A stretch of DNA of 63,710 bases, counting the filler, from Nemertoderma westbladi (lineage: Eukaryota > Animalia > Xenacoelomorpha), in NCBI GenBank assembly GCA_032718475.1. It is 3 parts of 3 records of this genome, joined end to end, with 100 filler letters (N's around TTAATTAATTAA, not from the genome) between each part and the next. Parts side by side here need not be neighbours in the genome. Positions count along the whole stretch, not along the records: positions 17,176 to 36,234 come from JAUCBJ010001671.1; 2 more parts are not named here. One strand, given 5' to 3'. The translations under genes and the position numbers were made by a program. Shown piece after piece: positions 24,311 through 36,334 of the stretch (its first letter is position 1; every line of letters starts with the position of its first letter). The notes under the pieces are model-generated. The model was not told the origin of the DNA, did not search any database, and was given only the letters and a program-made list of their open reading frames with translations.

Positions 24311-26808
24311 TGGGCTAAATTATGCATTGTAGGCTATATTAATAATAATAATAATATTTTATTCATAACGCGCCCTATCAGTTAGTAACAGTTGTTCAGG
24401 GCGCAAATATTATTACAAAATATTATGCAATATATTATTATTATATATTATATTATTATTATTATATATATATTATTATAATTATATATGTTAATAATAT
24501 ATTTTGCAAAATATTATGGATTGCACATTATGCATCGTAGGCTATATTACGCATTGTAGGCTACATTATGCATTGTAGGCTACATTATGCATTGTAGGCT
24601 ATATTATGAATTGTAGGCTATATTATGCATTGTAGGCTACATTATGCATTGTAGGCTATATTACGCATTGTAGGCTATATTATGCCTTGTAGGCTATATT
24701 ACGCATTGTAGGATACATTATGCATTGTAGGCTACATTATGCATTGTAGGCTATATTATGCATTGTAGGCTATATTATGGATTGCACATTATGCATTGTA
24801 GGCTATATTATGCATTGTAGGCTACATTATGCATTGTAGGCTATATTACGCATTGTAGTCTATATTATGCATTGTAGTCTATATTATGGATTGTACGCTA
24901 GATTATGTAATGTAGGCTATATTACGCATTGTAGGCTATATTACGCATTGTAGGCTATATTATGGATTGCACATTATGCATTGTAGGCTATATTATGCAA
25001 AGTAGGCTATATTATGGATTGTAGGCTATATTATGGATTGTAGGCTATATTATGGATTGCACATTATGCATTGTAGGCTATATTATGCATTGTAGGCTAT
25101 ATTATGCATTGTAGGCTATATTATGGATTGTAGGCTACATTATGTAATGTAGGCTATATTACGCATTGTAGGCTATATTATGGATTGCACATTGTGCATT
25201 GTAGGCTATATTATGCAATGTAGGCTATATTATGGATTGTAGGCTATATTATGGATTGTAGGCTATATTACGCATTGTAGGCTATATTACGCATTGTAGG
25301 CTATATTACGCATTGTAGGCTATATTATGCATTGTAGGCTAAATTATGCTTTGTAGGCTAAATTATGTATTGTAGGCTAAATTATGCATTGTAGGCTACA
25401 TTATGCATTGAAGGCTATATTATGCATTGTAGGCTATATTATGGATTGCACATTATGCATTGTAGGCTATATTATGCAATGTAGGCTATATTATGCATTG
25501 TAGGCTATATTATGCAATGTAGGCTATATTATGGATTGTAGGCTATATTATGCAATGTAGGCTATATTATGCAATGTAGGCTATATTATGGATTGCACAT
25601 TGTGCATTGTAGGCTATATTATGCAATGTAGGCTATATTATGGATTGTAGGCTATATTATGGATTGTAGGCTATATTACGCATTGTAGGCTAAATTATGC
25701 TTTGTAGGCTAAATTATGTATTGTAGGCTAAATTATGCATTGTAGTCTATATTATGCATTGAAGGCTATATTATGCATTGTAGGCTATATTATGGATTGC
25801 ACATTATGCATTGTAGGCTATATTATGCAATGTAGGCTATATTATGCATTGTAGGCTATATTTTGCAATGTAGGCTATATTATGGATTGTAGGCTATATT
25901 ACGCATTGTAGGCTAAATTATGCTTTGTAGGCTAAATTATGTATTGTAGGCTAAATTATGCATTGTAGTCTATATTATGCATTGAAGGCTATATTATGCA
26001 TTGTAGGCTATATTATGGATTGCACATTATGCATTGTAGGCTATATTATGCAATGTAGGCTATATTATGCATTGTAGGCTATATTATGCAATGTAGGCTA
26101 TATTATGCATTGTAGGCTATATTACGCATTGTAGGCTATATTATGGATTGCACATTGTGCATTGTAGGCTATATTATGCAATGTAGGCTATATTATGGAT
26201 TGTAGGCTATATTATGGATTGTAGGCTATATTACGCATTGTAGGCTAAATTATGCTTTGTAGGCTAAATTATGTATTGTAGGCTAAATTATGCATTGTAG
26301 TCTATATTATGCATTGAAGGCTATATTATGCATTGTAGGCTATATTATGGATTGCACATTATGCATTGTAGGCTATATTATGCAATGTAGGCTATATTAT
26401 GAATTGTAGGCTATATTATGCAATGTAGGCTATATTATGGATTGTAGGCTATATTATGGATTGTAGGCTATATTACGCATTGTAGGCTACATTATGCATT
26501 GTAGGCTATATTATGGATTGCACATTATGCATTGTAGGCTATATTATGCAATGTAGGCTATATTATGGATTGTAGGATACATTATGTAATGTAGGCTATA
26601 TTACGCATTGTAGGCTACATTATGCAATGTAGGTTATAATACTCATTGTAGGCTATATTATGCAATGTAGGCTATATTATGGATTGCTCATTATGCATTG
26701 TAGGCTATATTATGCAATGTAGGCTATATTATGGATTGTAGGCTATATTATGCATTGTAGGCTATATTACGCATTGTAGTCTATATTATGCATTGTACGC
26801 TATATTAT
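24311..26808. repeat. 19-bp satellite array, left arm
   Basis: Unit tatattatgcattgtaggc with variants and an interspersed shorter variant containing tggattgcaca. Confidence 0.97.
24341..24410 (-). mobile_element. Extremely 5'-truncated L2-like (or SINE) 3' end
   Basis: Minus strand tgcgccct…agggcgcg stem, then aataaaat and an (ATT)n tail; same architecture as 30687-30758. Confidence 0.55.
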
Positions 26809-26928
26809 ATTACGTCAGACAGTAGGCCTACCTGACTTTAACTTAATTGTTTTGCTACCGTTTACACTTTCAGACTTTAAACTGACTGATCTGTAACTCT
26901 TTAATACTCTTTAATATTATATAATATT

Positions 26929-27777
26929 ATGGATTCATCTACGTCGGGCGATCCCGGTATTGATGTTTTCTACAAGGCTCAACAAGATATATTGGCGTTA
27001 TTCCGCACTGTTAAACACAAAAAGTCCGTCTCCCAAGACGACGAAAAGAAACTACAGGACGCACTGGCAGATTTAAACTCTGTGTATAACTCTCAACACA
27101 ACGACCTTGCAGAAACTCGGAAACAGTTAATCGCCGCCCAACGCGAATCAATAATCGCCAAAGATAAGTTAATAGACACCATCCAGTCAGCACCTTCCCC
27201 GAACCTCCAAACAGGCTTGGATCCTGCTACCGGTAGGCCTACCCAGAATCCCAGGTCCTGGGCCTCTGTAGCAGGCACCCCCGCAGCGCCCGCACTCTCT
27301 ACTCCGATGCCCCTAGCATCCATCAGATCTCCTCCTGTAACAGACACCGAACCGAGACGCCGCGGTACAACTATTCTCGGTATAAAGCACGGAACTCGTC
27401 TCGCAGTCGCTCCTCGGCGGAATTTCGACACGGCTCATATCTATATAGGCCGGTTTGCTGGAACAGTTACAGCTGATGATGTCAAAGGGTACCTGTCACA
27501 CGACAATCTTCCCTTCATCGACGTTGTTCCGATCTCGAACCAACAGAATTCCGAACCAAACGCATTCGGCGACCTAACACGCGCTTTTCATCTTACCTGT
27601 ACACAGGACAACCGTACACAGCTCATGGATCCAAGCAACTGGGAAGACGGTGTTTTAATACGGAACTATCGCCTTTCAGACACCGAACGTTCTCAGTTTA
27701 ACCTTCGACCACGCCGCGATCCCACTGCTACTGCCGACTCCTCGGCAGCTCCTCCACATCCTGTTGGATCGGAGTGA
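26929..27777 (+). CDS. LINE ORF1 (coiled coil plus RRM-like)
   Basis: AHIYIGRF…AFHLTC…LMDPSNWEDGVLIRNY; homologous to 20247-21002. Confidence 0.85.
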   Translation: MDSSTSGDPGIDVFYKAQQDILALFRTVKHKKSVSQDDEKKLQDALADLNSVYNSQHNDLAETRKQLIAAQRESIIAKDKLIDTIQSAPSPNLQTGLDPATGRPTQNPRSWASVAGTPAAPALSTPMPLASIRSPPVTDTEPRRRGTTILGIKHGTRLAVAPRRNFDTAHIYIGRFAGTVTADDVKGYLSHDNLPFIDVVPISNQQNSEPNAFGDLTRAFHLTCTQDNRTQLMDPSNWEDGVLIRNYRLSDTERSQFNLRPRRDPTATADSSAAPPHPVGSE

Positions 27778-30666
27778 CTTGAGGGTAACGCTTCCAATGA
27801 TAACTGTAGTGACTCTCTTAAGTTATGCTATATTAATCCATGGTCAATAGTTAACAAGACATCTCAGACTCGTTTATTCGTCGAGGATAACAACTTTGAT
27901 ATTCTAGGAATTGCTGAAACTTAGTTTACTGTACACGATTTTTGCAACAGTGTAACTACTCAGCTGACCCCAAATACTCACAACTTAGACCATAAACCAC
28001 GATTAACTAGAGGAGGTGGGGTTGGGATACTCCACCGCAAGGAACTAAAAGGCTGTTTATCCTCTCTTAATTTTAATGAAAATTATACGTTGTTCGAGAA
28101 CATTGCTATTAATATCAAAACAACAGTCGGTCCAATTAGATTTGTTGTAGTATATCGTCCTTCTCCACTAGTCAGCGGCGAACTATATAATTGCTTCCTA
28201 GATGAATTTAATTATTTTCTTTCTGCGTTATTTACCGATTCAACTGTAGATACAATTGTAGTCGGCGACCTAAATATTCACCTCGATGAGAATTCGAATG
28301 CAACCAACCGCTTCAGAGATTTGTTAGAATCCCTTTGTCTGAAACAATTGGTCAACTCCCCCACGCACCGATCTGGCCATCTCCTCGATGTTATTATTAC
28401 ACATACCAGTACCATCGATATGATAGATATAGAGTCTATAAACGTGGATGATAACAATCTGTTATATCCAGACCATTACCCTGTTTCTTTCACTTTGAAT
28501 ATCCTACGGCGCCCGGTGTCCCATACTACAAAGCCATCAATGAAAGTGTTGCATCGATCCTGGAAGAAATGTAACTTAGATCTTCTACGTGATATGCTGG
28601 ATGTTACATTTGATCCCAGTTTAACTGTCACTGAACTCTGTAGTGAATGCAATGATCATCTAACTAATATCGCCTCTATTATTTCTCCTGAAAAATCTAC
28701 CGTTTTCAAACCTAGACCCTCTACCCCTTGGTTTACTGCTGAGTTGAAACTACTCCGGAATAAAAAGCGCAAACTTGAGCGGCGTTTCAGGAAACATCAC
28801 ACCAGCGAGAACCGAACTGCATACAGAAATAGTTGCAAAGAATATTATACCAGATGTGGAGAGATATCTTCAGAATTCTACTCTTCGAAATTGTCAACGA
28901 ACTCCACTAGTGAACTGTTCAGCTTTGTCAAATCTCTCTCAACCAACTCCCCGCGTCTCCCAGATTCAGGGGATGATTCTATGCTAGCCAATGAATTTGC
29001 CGATTTCTTTGAGGAAAAGGTAAATAAATTCCGTGACTCAGCACCTGCAACACCCACCGTACCAGATCATCCGTCTAGTGATTTTAACTCGAAGTGGGAA
29101 AAATTCACTATCCCGACGGCACAGGAGACCAAACAGATTATTAGTAACATGAAACCTACAACGTGTTCCTCCGATCCTATCCCAACAGAAATCCTAAAAA
29201 AGGTCCCAGAGCAATGGATTCCGATTGTTCATAAAACAACATCAACTTCTCTTGAACGCGGTGAATTCCCATCCAATGGTAAACAAGCGATTCTCCGTCC
29301 ACTACTAAAGAAAGCTAAACTCGACCATCAAAACAAGAAAAACTACAGACCAGTTTCAAACTTATCTTTCCTTTCTAAGATCATTGAAAAACACGCTGCT
29401 CTCCAACTGATTGACTACCTAGATAAGAATAATATTATTCCAAAGTTTGTCTCGGGTTATCGTAAATATCACTCTGTTGAAACACTATTGTGCAGATTAC
29501 AAAGTGACTTACTCGAAACTATTGATAGTGGTAAATTCGCAGCTCTCATTCTCTTAGACCAATCGGCTGCTTTCGACCTTGTCGATTACAACATATTACT
29601 AGACACACTTCGTAATATCGGCATTGACGGGACTGTCTATCAGTGGTTTAAGTCATACCTATCAGATAGATCATTCGTAGTTTCAATAAATGGGAAACTT
29701 TCTCGTGTTGTAAACCTTTTGAGTGGAGTTCCCCAGGGCTCAGTCCTTGGAGCAATCCTGTACCTTATCTACTGTCTGCCCATTGCTACAGCATGCGATC
29801 ATCTTGAAGTCGGCTACCACATCTACGCTGACGACAACCAGATCTTCATAATTTTCGACTGCCTTGACTCATTGGCACTAAAAGCTTCGATAGCAAATTG
29901 CATCCAAGCCATCAAAGTGCAACTCGATGAACTTCACCTGTTCTTGAATGATGACAAGACAGACATCCTACTACTTGGACGCGGCAACGATTTCTTGAGC
30001 TTTGCATGAGAATTCTCAGTCTCTCTAGGCGGCAAGATAATTCAATCCCTATCCACCGTAACAACCCTTGGAGTTCGCTTCGATAGTCAGCTAAATATGC
30101 ATGATCACATTAAAACTCTCACAGCATCTATTAACTTTCACCTCAGGAACATACGTCGAATAAAAGAACACTTGTCTTCTGATAATCTGAAGAAGCTTGT
30201 CAATGCTCTAATAATATCACGTATCGATCAAAACAACAGTCTTCTGTATAATCTACCAACTGTGTCCCTCAACAGACTACAACTTGCACTTAATAGCTGC
30301 GCCCGCCTTATTTCAGGTCAACCTGTTCGGTCTCACATCACTCCTACATTACGAACTCTTCACTGGTTGCCGGTCACCTTCCGTATCGAGTACAAGATTG
30401 CACTCATGACGTGGAAGGCGCTTAATGGTCTCGCCCCGTCTTACATTTTAGAACTGTTGACTCCAAACTACAACCCAACTAGAACCCAACAACTGTGGAC
30501 TTTATCGGTCCCAAGATACAACTTAAAGACGGTCGGTTCCCGTGCATTTAAACATGCTGCCCCAGTTATTTTCAACAGTCTCCCCCTTAGCTTAAGAACT
30601 TGCACAAATTTAGAATCATTCAAATCTCAACTCAAAACATGTTTATATAATAGGGCCTTCAACTGA
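27778..30666 (+). pseudogene. L2-like ORF2 (APE + RT) with two in-frame nonsense codons
   Basis: YINPWSIVNK, AET* (TAG 27922, where W is conserved), VYRP, GDLNIH, PTHRSGHLLD, DHY, NYRPVSNL, LDQSAAFD, GVPQGSVLG, YADD, TGA 30007, LHWLPV..RIEYKI. No frameshifts. Confidence 0.92.
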
Positions 30667-30758
30667 CTTTCTAACTGTTTTACTACTGCGCCTTTGAACC
30701 TTGCGAAAAAGGCGCATAATAAGAAATTGTGTATTATTATTATTATTATTATTATTAT

Positions 30759-33700
30759 GGATTGCACATTATGCATTGTAGGCTATATTATGCAATGTAG
30801 GCTATATTATGGATTGTAGGCTATATTATGGATTGTAGGCTATATTACGCATTGTAGGCTACATTATGCATTGTAGGCTATATTATGGATTGCACATTAT
30901 GCATTGTTGGCTATATTATGCAATGTAGGCTATATTATGGATTGTAGGCTATATTATGGATTGTAGGCTATATTACGCATTGTAGGCTACATTATGCATT
31001 GTAGGCTATATTATGGATTGCACATTATGCATTGTAGGCTATATTATGCAATGTAGGCTATATTATGGATTGTAGGATACATTATGTAATGTAGGCTATA
31101 TTACGCATTGTAGGCTACATTATGCAATGTAGGTTATAATACGCATTGTAGGCTATATTATGCAATGTAGGCTATATTATGGATTGCTCATTATGCATTG
31201 TAGGCTATATTATGCATTGTAGGCTATATTACGCATTGTAGTATATATTATGCATTGTAGTCTATATTATGGATTGTATGCTACATTATGTAATGTAGGC
31301 TATATTACGAATTGTAGGCTATATTATGGATTGTAGGCTATATTATGCATTGTAGGCTACATTATGCATTGTAGGCTATATTACGCATTGTAGGCTATAT
31401 TATGGATTGCTCATTATGCATTGTAGGCTATATTATGCAATGTAGGCTATATTATGGATTGTAGGCTATATTATGCATTGTAGGCTACATTATGCATTGT
31501 AGGCTATATTACGCATTGTAGGCTATATTATGGATTGCACATTATGCATTGTAGGCTATATTATGCAATGTAGGCTATATTATGCATTGTAGGCTATATT
31601 ATGCATTGTAGGCTACATTATGCTTTGTAGGCTATATTACGCATTGTAGTCTATATTATGCATTGTAGTCTATATTAAGGATTGTAGGCTACATTATGTA
31701 ATGTAGGCTATATTACGCATTGTAGGCTATATTACGCATTGTAGGCTATATTATGCATTGTAGTCTATATTATGGATTGTAGGCTATATTATTGATTGTA
31801 GGCTACATTATGCATTGTAGGCTATATTACGCATTGTAGGCTATATTATGGATTGCACATTATGCATTGTACGCTATATTATGGATTGCACATTATGCAT
31901 TGTAGTCTATATTATGGATTGTAGGCTACATTATGTAATGTAGGCTATATTACGCATTGTAGGCTATATTACGCATTGTAGGCTATATTATGCATTGTAG
32001 TCTATATTATGGATTGTAGGCTATATTATGCATTGTAGGCTACATTATGCATTGTAGGCTATATTACGCATTGTAGGCTATATTATGGATTGCACATTAT
32101 GCATTGTAGGCTATATTATGGATTGTAGGCTACATTATGCATTGTAGGCTATATTACGCATTGTAGGCTATATTATGGATTGCACATTATGCATTGTAGG
32201 CTATATTATGCAATGTAGGCTATATTATGCATTGTAGGCTACATTATGAATTGTAGGCTATATTATGGATTGCACATTATGCATTGTAGGCTATATTATG
32301 CAATGTAGGCTATATTATGGATTGTAGGCTACATTATGGATTGCTCATTATGCAATGTAGGCTATATTATGCATTACAGTCTATATTATGCATTGTAGTC
32401 TATATTATGGATTGTAGGCTACATTATGTAATGTAGGCTATATTACGCATTGTAGGCTATATTACGCATTGTAGGCTATATTATGGATTGCACATTATGC
32501 ATTGTAGTCTATATTATGCATTGTAGTCTATATTATGGATTGTAGGCTACATTATGTAATGTAGGCTATATTACGCATTGTAGGCTATATTACGCATTGT
32601 AGGCTATATTATGGATTGCACATTATGCATTGTAGGCTATATTATGCAATGTAGGCTATATTATGGATTGTAGTCTATATTATGCATTGTAGTCTATATT
32701 ATGCATTGTAGTCTATATTATGGATTGTAGGCTACATTATGTAATGTAGGCTATATTACGCATTGTAGGCTATATTACGCATTGTAGGCTATATTATGGA
32801 TTGCACATTATGCATTGTAGGCTATATTATGGATTGTAGTCTATATTATGCATTGTAGTCTATATTATGCATTGTAGTCTATATTATGGATTGTAGGCTA
32901 CATTATGTAATGTAGGCTATATTACGCATTGTAGGCTATATTACGCATTGTAGGCTATATTATGGATTGCACATTATGCATTGTAGTCTATATTATGCAT
33001 TGTAGTCTATATTATGGATTGTAGGCTACATTATGTAATGTAGGCTATATTACGCATTGTAGGCTATATTACGCATTGTAGGCTATATTATGGATTGCAC
33101 ATTATGCATTGTAGGCTATATTATGCAATGTAGGCTATATTATGGATTGTAGTCTATATTATGCATTGTAGTCTATATTATGCATTGTAGTCTATATTAT
33201 GGATTGTAGGCTACATTATGTAATGTAGGCTATATTACGCATTGTAGGCTATATTACGCATTGTAGGCTATATTATGGATTGCACATTATGCATTGTAGG
33301 CTATATTACGCATTGTAGGCTATATTATGGATTGCACATTATGCATTGTAGGCTATATTACGCATTGTAGGCTATATTATGCATTGTAGTCTATATTATG
33401 GATTGTAGGCTACATTATGTAATGTAGGCTATATTACGCATTGTAGGCTATATTACGCATTGTAGGCTATATTATGCATTGTAGTCTATATTATGGATTG
33501 TAGGCTATATTATGCATTGTAGGCTACATTATGCATTGTAGGCTATATTACGCATTGTAGGCTATATTATGGATTGCACATTATGCATTGTAGGCTATAT
33601 TATGCAATGTAGGCTATATTATGCATTGTAGGCTATATTATGGATTGTAGGCTACATTATGCATTGTAGGCTATATTACGCATTGTAGGCTATATTATGG

Positions 33701-33915
33701 ATTGCACATTATGCATTGTAGGCTATATTATGCAATGTAGGCTATATTATGCATTTGTAGGCTAGATTATGAATTGTAGGCTATATTATGGATTGCACAT
33801 TATGCATTGTAGGCTATATTATGCAATGTAGGCTATATTATGGATTGTAGGCTACATTATGGATTGCTCATTATGCAATGTAGGCTATATTATGCATTAC
33901 AGTCTATATTATGCA
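30759..33915. repeat. 19-bp satellite array, right arm
   Basis: Same unit and orientation as 24311-26808. Confidence 0.97.
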
Positions 33916-34774
33916 TCCCGGGTTGAGAATCGTATCATATTAGTAAAGTACTACCTAATGGCAAGGTACTGGCATGATAATTTTACTAAATTTTTACAAT
34001 TACCACATTTTGCATTATTTGTTAAGGAATTAAAAAATACTTGCCAAGTACAGTATAGATTTTAAGAAATATTTGGGTGGGCACTTATCATGCAATGCAC
34101 TTACCAAATTCTTAACAAATTTTGTATACCTAGTATATAATTTCGATGAGTTTATAATCATGCAATGCACTTAGCAAATTTTTAACAAATTTTGTATACC
34201 TAGAACATACTTTCGTTGACTTTATAACTTGACAAAAATTTAATAAGAACTTTAGTGGTGCTTGACACGCATTGCAATTAAAAATCAGTCACATGATCCA
34301 CCGCCAATAAATGACTCATTCAGTCATTTTGTGTTCAGTAGGCCTACTGCAGAGTTGCGTTTATTGAGTTTTCTTTATTTACGTTTAATTGCTTAATGAG
34401 TTTTGCTTACTTTAATAAATAGTGTATAACGTTTTGTTACTTTAATTTATACTGGTAGTTTTATTGCTGTTTGTTTACTTCAATTCAATTGTTTATTGTA
34501 TTTTGTACTCTTTAATTTTGTTATTCTTTATAGAGTTTTGTAATCTTTAATTGTTTAGTGCCTGTTGTATACTTGTTTTGTTTATTGTTTATTTGTTTTG
34601 TTTGTACTGTCTATATCGTTAATGAAATATTTATGGTTTGCCTAATTGTCCGATTGTTGCTAATTGACAATTTAATTGAATTAATGCCTAATTGATACAA
34701 TTAAAATTCAAATTATTTGAATGTTAGTGAAATTTGATTAATAACAATTGACTTTGGAAGAATTGGAATTTAAA

Positions 34775-35356
34775 AAAGGCCTCATAATCCAAAGACATAT
34801 ATTGAACTCCGTGATGTTGTTGGGGATCTGGCCTCTCTAGCATTTGGACCACGAAACGTGACAGTCGGAACCCATAGTCAGAGACCAGCCTGGATTAAGT
34901 GGAGAGGCAGGACTTGGTGTGATGTATGAGTTCGGGGGCATTCAACCGGCAGACTCAGGCGTTGTTAGATATCAGGGTCGTAAACCTTGACGCCGAGCCA
35001 TATGCGGGACGCCCCCCGATGAGGGTCCTAGAATCTGTGGAGGACGCTAAAACCGCACTATATGTGGAACCAGCGAGACAGAGGAGAGCGGACTTTTGCA
35101 CCCTTCGTAGTCTCTTGTCTCTCCGTAGAATGGAGTTCTGGCACCGCATGCCAACAAGCTCCCGAGTATCTTCGCTGATAGGTTACACCACAACTGGGAC
35201 AGACCTTATAGCACCGTCATGGAGTGGGTTCGCCGCCGTGTGCAGTTCGCCATAGTTCGAGGGGCTTCTCATTGCATCAGGGAGTCGAGGCTAAAGTGGC
35301 ACAGTGGTCTGGGTACGGAGGATGGAGCTGGATTGCCGATCACTCCACTCGTCTGA
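34775..35356 (+). mobile_element. Degenerate restriction-like endonuclease domain of a CRE-like non-LTR retrotransposon
   Basis: Across frameshifts: RH.ELRD…EP.V…RGAFNRQTQALLDIRVVNLDA…E.AK..LY…R..F.PFV…W.RPYSTVMEWVR…RG…CIRESR. Confidence 0.7.
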
Positions 35357-36234
35357 CGCTGTAAACTGAATCTGTAAACTATGTAATGTGTTGTGCTTTC
35401 TCTTATTTGTATCTGTGTTATCTATTTGGCATTATAGTTACTGTAGGTTCTTGTAAAACTCTCAGAGTATAATATTAATTGTAATTTTGCTTTATATTAT
35501 ATTATTGTTAAAGCCGTTTCATTGTACTAAACGGGGGTCTGGGGTATGGGAGCGGCAGCTCCCAATAAAAAATAACAAAATGAAGATAAAAAAGTAGGCT
35601 TACTTTAAAAATATTTTCCCTGATTTTTTATTCTGTGTTTTCCAGACATTTTCCCAAGGAAACCGTCTTTTCTCACAGACACCGGGTAGTACCGGTAACG
35701 AAATTGTAAAAAAAATGCCCTAAAATTCAACTGGACCACCACAATGAACTGCTAGTTATCCTGCATCTAATCTCAATAATAACCTTATATCTATATCGTA
35801 TTACAATACCAGTACTATGAATGGTAGCCGTAGCACTTCATTATTTGGAATTTCTTGTATTAATGATTTTGAACATGTCTAAAATCATTTTTAATGCTTC
35901 TGTGTATATATTTCTAATTTAAATTTATTCATTGAACCACTATTTTCGTTGGGAAAAGTTAACCCTAATGTTCAAAATACAATTGCTGCAATCCATATAG
36001 TTATAATATAATATGATGATGTTATTGGTAACTTTATATGACGGGTGATATATTTTCTATTTTATTTCGTGCTCAAATCGTAATCTACTGTAGCGCTTGA
36101 TAAGATTACAAATTTGAATTAAATAGTTTTATTGCATAAACAGAAATGAGGAATACCATTTTTGAACTTTTTGGATAAATTTTTCCGACGTAACTGTGTT
36201 TTAGTGTAGACCTACAGTATTTGCGCGTTTATAT

Positions 36235-36334
36235 NNNNNNNNNNNNNNNNNNNNNNNNNNNNNNNNNNNNNNNNNNNNTTAATTAATTAANNNNNNNNNN
36301 NNNNNNNNNNNNNNNNNNNNNNNNNNNNNNNNNN
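36235..36334. other. Assembly gap linker N44-TTAATTAATTAA-N44
   Basis: Identical to 17076-17175. Confidence 0.97.

Larger units (their letters stand above)
26809..30758 (+). mobile_element. Full-length L2/Crack-like LINE inserted in satellite
   Basis: ORF1, ORF2, 3' stem-loop tgcgccttt…aaaggcgca and (TAT)n tail; the satellite resumes on both sides. Confidence 0.92.

Noticed and set aside
27922-30009. Internal ORF2 stops as recoding or an alternative genetic code
   Set aside because: The TAG replaces a conserved Trp (TGG) and the TGA at 30007 is followed by G and fits CGA decay. Other genes use the standard code.
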